Shown here one piece after another: positions 58,115-64,000 of a stretch of DNA of 64,000 nt (positions within the stretch are counted from its first letter, which is position 1; every line of letters begins with the position of its first letter). The DNA is taken from assembly GCA_050633305.1 (NCBI GenBank), contig JBOEGF010000011.1:63312-127311 (forward strand), read 5' to 3'. This DNA comes from Nannocystales bacterium. GTDB lineage: Bacteria; Myxococcota_A; Polyangia; Nannocystales; Nannocystaceae. Position numbers and translations under genes: made by a program. The notes beneath the pieces were generated by a model that was not told where the DNA came from, made no database searches, and saw nothing but the letters and a program-made list of their open reading frames with translations.

Positions 58115-58765
58115 CTACGGAGACGAGTCCGTGGGAGCTCCGGGGGTCCGGGCGTTGGCTTTGAGGCCACGGGCGACGATGTACTGCTCGTAGCTGCCCG
58201 AGCGGGTGTTCTTGGGGTGCACAGGCTTGCATTCGGAGAACACCGCCCGGACGTCGGCGAGCAGCTTCTTGAAGCCGCCGCCCGTGAACACCTTGGCGCA
58301 GAAGTGCCCTCCGGGACGAAGCACCGTGGTGGCGTACGTCAGGGCCCGACGGGTGAGCTCTTCGCTGCGGAACATGTCCGTCGTTTTGTCGCCGGTTGTC
58401 TTGGGCGCCATGTCGCTGAGCAACACGTCGAAGTCGCCGAACTTGGCGGTGACCTCGGCGGGTTCGATCTCGAACACGTCGCCGACGAACGCTTTTGCGA
58501 ACGGTGGAAGGTCGAGCTCGACCTCGGCTTTGTCGAGCCCGAGGACAAAGCCCTCTTCGCCGACGCGGCCCGCGGCGTACTGCATCCAAGAACCCGGCCA
58601 GCAGCCCAGGTCGATGACGCGGCGGCCGGGCTGGAGGAGCTTGAACCGTTTGTCGATCTCCTCGAGCTTGAAGACCGCCCGTGAAGCGTAGCCTTGGTCC
58701 TTGGCGCGTTTGTACGCGTCGTCGTGGCGAGAACCTCTGTCTCCGAGTTTTCCTCTACGGCCCAT
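58115..58765 (-). CDS. rlmE: 23S rRNA Um2552 2'-O-methyltransferase RlmE/FtsJ
   Basis: GYASRAVFKLEEI, DLGCWPGSW, LSDMAP, KVFTG, TRSGSYE. Confidence 0.95.
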   Translation of the reverse strand: MGRRGKLGDRGSRHDDAYKRAKDQGYASRAVFKLEEIDKRFKLLQPGRRVIDLGCWPGSWMQYAAGRVGEEGFVLGLDKAEVELDLPPFAKAFVGDVFEIEPAEVTAKFGDFDVLLSDMAPKTTGDKTTDMFRSEELTRRALTYATTVLRPGGHFCAKVFTGGGFKKLLADVRAVFSECKPVHPKNTRSGSYEQYIVARGLKANARTPGAPTDSSP

Positions 58766-58843
58766 GGTGTTGCTCCGAAATCGAAAGCGCCGCCACCCCG
58801 ACGAGGCGGAGGAGGCGGCGCGAAGGAACGCGGTATTCCGGTC

Positions 58844-59527
58844 CTACTTCTTGCCCTTGGCGGCTTTGTGGGCGGCGCGGGCGGCTTGCTTGTGCGAGCG
58901 GCGAATGCTGACGTAGCAGCCGTTGGCGCCGGGGACGGGACCGCGGACGAGGACGAGGCCTTCGTCGGCCATCACGCGTGCGACATGCACGTTCTGCAGG
59001 GTCTTGGTCTCCGAACCCATCTGGCCCGGCATCTTCTTGCCCGGGACAACGCGTCCGGGGGTGAGACGACAACCGATCGAGCCACCGTGACGGAAGTACT
59101 CGTGGGTACCGTGCGTCGCGGGCTTGCCCTCGAAGTTGTACTTCTTCATGACGCCCTGGAAGCCCTTACCCTTGCTGGTACCGGTCACGTCGACGCGGTC
59201 ACCATCGGCGAAGATGTCCATGGGGATCTCGGAGCCCACGGCGTGCTTCTCGAGCACGTCGGTTCCGACGCGGAACTCTTTGACGAACTTCTTGGGCTCG
59301 ACGGCGGCCTGTTTGAACCGACCGAGGTCGGGCTTGGTCAGGCGCGAAGCCTTCTGGTCGTCGAATGCGAGTTGGATCGCGGTGTAGCCGTCGCGCTCTT
59401 CGGTGCGGTGGGCGAGGACAGTGTTGCCCTTGACCGAGAGGACGGTGACGGGGACGCGGGTTCCGTCGTCGAGGAAGAGCTGGGTCATTCCCAGCTTCTT
59501 GGCGAGCATGCCAGGTTGAACGTTCAC
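58844..59527 (-). CDS. rplC: 50S ribosomal protein L3
   Basis: KLGMTQ, DGYTAIQL, DVTGTSKGKGFQG, GKKMPGQMG, GPVPG. Confidence 0.97.
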   Translation of the reverse strand: MNVQPGMLAKKLGMTQLFLDDGTRVPVTVLSVKGNTVLAHRTEERDGYTAIQLAFDDQKASRLTKPDLGRFKQAAVEPKKFVKEFRVGTDVLEKHAVGSEIPMDIFADGDRVDVTGTSKGKGFQGVMKKYNFEGKPATHGTHEYFRHGGSIGCRLTPGRVVPGKKMPGQMGSETKTLQNVHVARVMADEGLVLVRGPVPGANGCYVSIRRSHKQAARAAHKAAKGKK

Positions 59528-59693
59528 GAGAATCTCTTTGCTTTCGGTTGCCCTGGATCCGGGAGGCTTGATTGCCGCCGGGACGGGACTTGCACGACCC
59601 TTTGTGGCCTGTGCCGGGGTCGCGAGGGGCGGAACTATGGGGTACGGGCTGACTGTGGGTCAAGACGCGGTCCCGCCCCGCAGCCGGGGGAAC

Positions 59694-60533
59694 TCACGCA
59701 CCTGCGCGATGTGCGACTGTGTCGGCCGGAGGGGGCATCGAGAGTAGCGCACGGGTGTTTTGCGCCGCTTGCGTCGCCAGGGCAGCCGGCGTGATCCCGC
59801 GGACCTCCGCAAGACGCGCACAGGTGAACGCGACGTAGGCGGGGATGTTTTCGCGGCCCCGTAGGGGCTCCGGAGCGAGGTAGGGGGCGTCGGTCTCGAC
59901 GAGGATGCGGTCCTCGGGGGTCAGCGCCGCGGCTTCGCGGATCTCGCTGCACTTCTTGAACGTCGAGATTCCCGAGAACGAGATGTGGAAGCCGAGGTCG
60001 AGCCAGGCTCGCGCCGCATCCGGACCGGCGGTGAAGCAGTGGACCATCCCTGGCATGTCGGCACGGGGTCCGGCTTCGGCGACGATCGCGAGCGCCTCCT
60101 CGTGGGCGTCTCGAATGTGGAGCACGAGCGGCATGTCGAGCTCGCGTGCGAGTTCGACGTGCTCGGAGAAGCTGCGCCGTTGATCCTCTCGCGGCGAGAG
60201 GTCGTAGTGATAGTCGAGCCCTGTCTCTCCGATGGCGAGCACGCTGGGGTTCTTGGCGTGCTCGCGGAGCCGGCCCAGCAGCGCCGCGTCGGTGTGTTTG
60301 GCCTCGTGCGGGTGGACGCCGATCGCCGCGAAGACTTGCTCATGCGCATCGGCGAGTTCGACCGCACGGTCGATCGACTCGGGTGAGCATCCAACATGGA
60401 CGTACTGCACAACGCCGGCCGCCGTTCCCGCATCGAAGCAGGCCTGCAGGTCGGCGGACATCGGTGCGTAGTCGAGGTGACAATGCGCGTCGATCAGCCC
60501 GGGCAGGGTCGGGGGGATCTTGGGGGTGCCCAT
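59694..60533 (-). CDS. tatD: TatD-family hydrolase
   Basis: IDAHCHLD, GVHPH, IGETGLDY, HIRDA, HCFT, ETDAPYLAP. Confidence 0.95.
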   Translation of the reverse strand: MGTPKIPPTLPGLIDAHCHLDYAPMSADLQACFDAGTAAGVVQYVHVGCSPESIDRAVELADAHEQVFAAIGVHPHEAKHTDAALLGRLREHAKNPSVLAIGETGLDYHYDLSPREDQRRSFSEHVELARELDMPLVLHIRDAHEEALAIVAEAGPRADMPGMVHCFTAGPDAARAWLDLGFHISFSGISTFKKCSEIREAAALTPEDRILVETDAPYLAPEPLRGRENIPAYVAFTCARLAEVRGITPAALATQAAQNTRALLSMPPPADTVAHRAGA

Positions 60534-60590
60534 CGCGGGGAGGGTAGCGGCTGTCGAGGCGTGAGGCCACGGTACGGGGTTCGAGCAGCG

Positions 60591-60979
60591 TCACAGCGCA
60601 GTGCACTCGCCGACCGCTGGGTTGCCCATGTATCCCAGGGGCGGTCCGCACTCGAGTGTGGGGGAGCCGCAGTCGAGGTCGTCGAGGCACAACGGCAGGC
60701 AGCACGGGCCTGGGCCGCCGCAGTCCACTTCGCTGGTGACGCAGCTCAGTCCCGCAGCGCACTCGACCGCTTCGTCACAGGCCTCGCCGAGACTCAGAGG
60801 CGTCGGTCCGGCCGCACCGTGTGGCTTGCAGACAAAGTCGGCCCCGGGATGCGATCTCCGCCTGGGACGTCGATCGCGGATGCGACGACCTCCGCCTGCT
60901 CTTGCGGGCTGAGGACTACGACGTTCGAACAGGACAGCCCGACGAACACCAAACTCCACGACACCCAACACAACCGCAT
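60591..60979 (-). pseudogene. Frameshifted Cys-rich lipoprotein (or sequencing error)
   Basis: Signal and lipobox MRLCWVSWSLVFVGLSC in one frame; Cys-rich FVCKP...LGEACDEAVECAAGLSC...CCLPLC...VGEC in another; switch near 60840-60870. Confidence 0.55.
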
Positions 60980-61051
60980 GACCCGTAGCGTGCCACGAGC
61001 CCTTGGGGAGAACAAACCGCTGCGAGCCGCGGACTGGCGGGAATGTGCCTC

Positions 61052-61870
61052 CTAGAGACACCAGTCGGTGCCCGGCATGCCAGCGACGAGCGACCCGCAG
61101 CCGTTGAGGCACAGAACTTGAGCGGACACCTGATCCGTGCAGAGCTCGACTAGATTCTGGCCTTGGCACAGGGTCGGGGGCTGGCCGTCAGCGCAATCGG
61201 GCTCTTCGTCGAGTCGGCAAACGCACGGTTGTCCGTCCGCGAGTCGACTCGCGACCGCGGTTGCGAAAAGGCCTCCCACGGCATCGGCGGCGAGCTCGAC
61301 GAAGGTGTCACCACAGACGCTGCCCTCGTAGTTGGGGATCTCGGATTGCGTCTCGCACCACTCGTCGCACGTCTGCAGGTATGCGGCGACATCGTCGGAG
61401 TCGAACGACGTCGAGCGGACGAGTTCCAGGCCATCGTCGGATTGGAAGCAGTCTTTGGCGCTGTCCGGCTGCTCGTTGATGGCATAGGCGCACGCGCAGT
61501 CCGCATTCGTCTCTGGAACCAGCTGGCCGCAGACACCGTCGTTGCGCTGGCCACCCACTTGCGCTTCGCAAACAACATCGCAATCGGTCTCGGTTCGAAA
61601 CCCGTTGCGGCAGATCAGGGCGGTCTCGAAGTCGGCGCCACAAGTCGTCGGGTCCGTGTCCTGGCACGCATCCCAGCCCTCCTCCTGTGGGATCCCGCAG
61701 ACCTGGTCCGGGGTGGGAGAGCCGTTGTCCTCCAGCACGCCGGGTCCGCACGCTTGTCCTTCTCCACACTCGAGGTCGTTTTCACACTCGAGGCCGACAG
61801 TGACCGCGTCGTCGAAACACCCCGAGACCGCGAGGCCGAACAGCAGAGAACACAGCGTGATGCGTCGCAT
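61052..61870 (-). CDS. Cys-rich lipoprotein
   Basis: MRRITLCSLLFGLAVSGC; many Cys; TAATG overlap with the upstream gene. Confidence 0.8.
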   Translation of the reverse strand: MRRITLCSLLFGLAVSGCFDDAVTVGLECENDLECGEGQACGPGVLEDNGSPTPDQVCGIPQEEGWDACQDTDPTTCGADFETALICRNGFRTETDCDVVCEAQVGGQRNDGVCGQLVPETNADCACAYAINEQPDSAKDCFQSDDGLELVRSTSFDSDDVAAYLQTCDEWCETQSEIPNYEGSVCGDTFVELAADAVGGLFATAVASRLADGQPCVCRLDEEPDCADGQPPTLCQGQNLVELCTDQVSAQVLCLNGCGSLVAGMPGTDWCL

Positions 61871-62760
61871 TAGAATCGTCCTCCCAGCACCAAGCCAGAG
61901 CCGGTGGGCGCGAGCGCAACGCTGCGGCCGGCGTCCTTGCGCTTCTTGAGCCCCAGTGCCAGCACAACCGCGCCCGCGGTGAGCAAGACACCGCCCGCGA
62001 CCGCGCCTCCGATCGCCAGGGCGTTCGCAGAGCGTCCATCTTCCAGGGCGCTGATCCGGCGGACCCCGGTCGAGGTGCCGTCTTCGATGTCTCCTTCCAG
62101 ACTCTGGCCCCACAACGCGCCGCCCAGTCCCAAGCCGGCACCGACAACCCCCAGGCCCAACACTCCGCCGCCGACGCCGATCAGGATTCTGGCCGTGCGC
62201 TGCGCATCGGGGTCGTCGGGGCCTGTGGGGGCAGGCGTGGGCTCGGGCGCGGGCTCTCGTGGCTGTTGCACGGGGGCAGCGGCCGCGGCCTCCGCCTCCG
62301 TCTTGTGCCGCGCGAGCTCGGTTTCGATCTCATCGAGCAGGGCGCGGCCCTTCGCGTCTTCCTGCGCCCCCTCTTCGGCGAAGTCGTTGAAGTACCGGGT
62401 CAGCAACACCTTGGCCGTTTTCAGGTGCACCACGTCGCCATCGAGTTCGTACATCCGCTTTTGCGTGATTCCGACGTTGTAAACGATGGCGGAGCGAATC
62501 CCGGCGGTCTGCGGCCCATCGGGCAGGGCCACGTACGCAGCACTAAACTTCTCGAGAGCGGTCGGGTAGTCCGCGAGATCGTAGGCCGCCGACCCCTCGT
62601 TGTGGAGCACGCGGGCCTTCTCCAACGCAGGATCGAGCGGGGCGTCCGCTTCGCCTTCGACGTTCGAATCGGAGGAGGGAGGGGCCGCGAGTGCAGGGGG
62701 GGCAATCGTCAGCCCGAGGACGCTGAGGGTTCCAACTAGGCGGCAGCAGCAGGCTCGCAC
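61870..62760 (-). CDS. Exported TPR-like protein with C-terminal Gly-rich hydrophobic segments (myxobacterial type)
   Basis: Signal peptide; AYDLADYPTALEKFSAAY...YNVG; ends APTGSGLVLGGRF. Confidence 0.8.
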   Translation of the reverse strand: MRACCCRLVGTLSVLGLTIAPPALAAPPSSDSNVEGEADAPLDPALEKARVLHNEGSAAYDLADYPTALEKFSAAYVALPDGPQTAGIRSAIVYNVGITQKRMYELDGDVVHLKTAKVLLTRYFNDFAEEGAQEDAKGRALLDEIETELARHKTEAEAAAAAPVQQPREPAPEPTPAPTGPDDPDAQRTARILIGVGGGVLGLGVVGAGLGLGGALWGQSLEGDIEDGTSTGVRRISALEDGRSANALAIGGAVAGGVLLTAGAVVLALGLKKRKDAGRSVALAPTGSGLVLGGRF

Positions 62761-62799
62761 CCACTCATCATCGCACGGAGTCCTCCGGCAGACGACCGG

Positions 62800-63813
62800 T
62801 CAGTGGCTCAGGGTCTGCAGGTTGGTCTCCGCGTCCCGCACGGCTTCCCGCACCGCGGCGCTGGGGTGCCACCCGAGCCTGCGAAGCAGGGCCCGACCCG
62901 CGTTGTCCTCACCGCCGAGGATCCGTGCGAGGGCGTAGGCCGCTCGGACCCGGGTCACGCCGCGGGTGAGCAGTCCTCGTGCGAGTTCCTCGACCGCCTC
63001 GGTGGCGGACTCGGAGGCGTGTGGGCCCAGGACCGCCAACGCTTCGAGCGCGCGATCCCGCTGGTGCCGGACGGGCAGCGCTGCGACCAAGCGGGGGGCA
63101 GCACCGGGTCGCCGGGCACCCGCGAGGACCATCGCAGCCTCGAAACCGAGGGTGTCCGGGCCTTCCTCTTCGTCGTTGAGGACGTCTTCGAGCGCACGGA
63201 CGGACACGTCGTGAATGGTGTCGAGCCGCGACAGGGCATCGACGAGACTCTCGCGGACCTCAGGGTGGTCTTCGGTGCGCAGGGCCTTGGCGATCGCCGC
63301 CTCGGAGGGTTGGCCGTCCACGTCGATCAACGCCAGCGCGACCTGAAATCGGACGTCGGGGAAGGGGCTGCTGAACCATCCTTCCAGCCTCCGAATGACG
63401 CGTCGGTGGCAATCTCGGGCGCGAGTCGAGTCGTGGCCGCTTGCGGCCACGCCGACGTATCCGGTGGTGATGACCGCACACTCGCGGCGAAAGCTCTGCT
63501 CGTCGTCGGTCCCTTCGAGTTCGACCCATGGCGCGATGGCATCCAACACCTCGGGCTCGCCGAGCATCCCCAGTCCAATGGCAGCCAACGCGGCGAGCGG
63601 GATGTCTTCGCTCTGACGCAGTGCGTCGAAGAGGGCCGTGGCCACGGCGTCCGCATCGGGGTGGCCGGCGGTCGCCAGCCAGCGCGGGCCGGGCTTGCCG
63701 ATCTCCACAAGAAAGGCGGGCGCCATCGACCGAAGCGCCTTGTGGCGCGCTTCGGGGCGCTTGGCGTCGGCGTCTCGAAGCGCGGCGGCGAAGCTGAGTT
63801 CGGGGGCTTGCAT
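62800..63813 (-). CDS. HEAT-repeat protein
   Basis: PDVRFQVALAL, PEVRESLVDAL, RVRAAYALAR; start trimmed to ATG 63813. Confidence 0.75.
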   Translation of the reverse strand: MQAPELSFAAALRDADAKRPEARHKALRSMAPAFLVEIGKPGPRWLATAGHPDADAVATALFDALRQSEDIPLAALAAIGLGMLGEPEVLDAIAPWVELEGTDDEQSFRRECAVITTGYVGVAASGHDSTRARDCHRRVIRRLEGWFSSPFPDVRFQVALALIDVDGQPSEAAIAKALRTEDHPEVRESLVDALSRLDTIHDVSVRALEDVLNDEEEGPDTLGFEAAMVLAGARRPGAAPRLVAALPVRHQRDRALEALAVLGPHASESATEAVEELARGLLTRGVTRVRAAYALARILGGEDNAGRALLRRLGWHPSAAVREAVRDAETNLQTLSH

Positions 63814-63832
63814 GGGCTGGAGCGAGGGCGGG

Positions 63833-64000
63833 CTATGCCATGGAGAGCAGGGTCTGCTCGAGGGAGAGCCGCACGTTGGGGTTGCGCCCGAGGCGTTCGA
63901 GCAGCGCTTGCACGTGGTCGAGTTGTCGCAGCACGGCGCGTGCCCCCTTGGGTCCGGTGGGGACGCCGGGCAGGCCATTACGCCCGCGCAGGCGCTCCCT
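63833..64000 (-). CDS. C-terminal fragment of an upstream gene, possibly DNA polymerase III delta' (HolB)
   Basis: Manual translation ...VLRQLDHVQALLERLGRNPNVRLSLEQTLLSMA*; the NxNxRLxLE ending resembles HolB, and holB often lies near tatD. Confidence 0.45.
   Translation of the reverse strand, partial: RERLRGRNGLPGVPTGPKGARAVLRQLDHVQALLERLGRNPNVRLSLEQTLLSMA

Overview
High-GC bacterial DNA whose gene content (MYXO-CTERM protein, Ser/Thr kinase-TPR, many Cys-rich and Thr/Ser-rich lipoproteins) points to a myxobacterium, most likely Nannocystaceae-like (inference). About 55 genes: housekeeping (tRNA-Val(CAC), RidA, PrkA, DacB, Fpr-like, RND pump, RlmE, an isolated rplC, TatD) mixed with surface lipoproteins and peptidases. 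The best candidate for an undescribed system is a minus-strand operon at 27.2-29.7 kb. It encodes a 112-aa lipoprotein precursor with one internal Cys (TAGCPTAG) and a (GSS)7 tail, then a hairpin, a DUF692/MNIO iron enzyme, a DUF2063-type partner and a cytochrome P460-family lipoprotein, with a second CxxCH lipoprotein directly upstream. Also notable: an imuA/imuB/dnaE2 mutasome split into three units, each with its own LexA-like box (two fill the promoter spacer); a decaying array of four Cys-rich lipoprotein paralogs with a shared upstream motif; an SdpA/SdpB-like pair; and several pseudogenes. No CRISPR array, rRNA, transposase or integrase was seen. All family calls come from motif recognition by eye, not from database searches.
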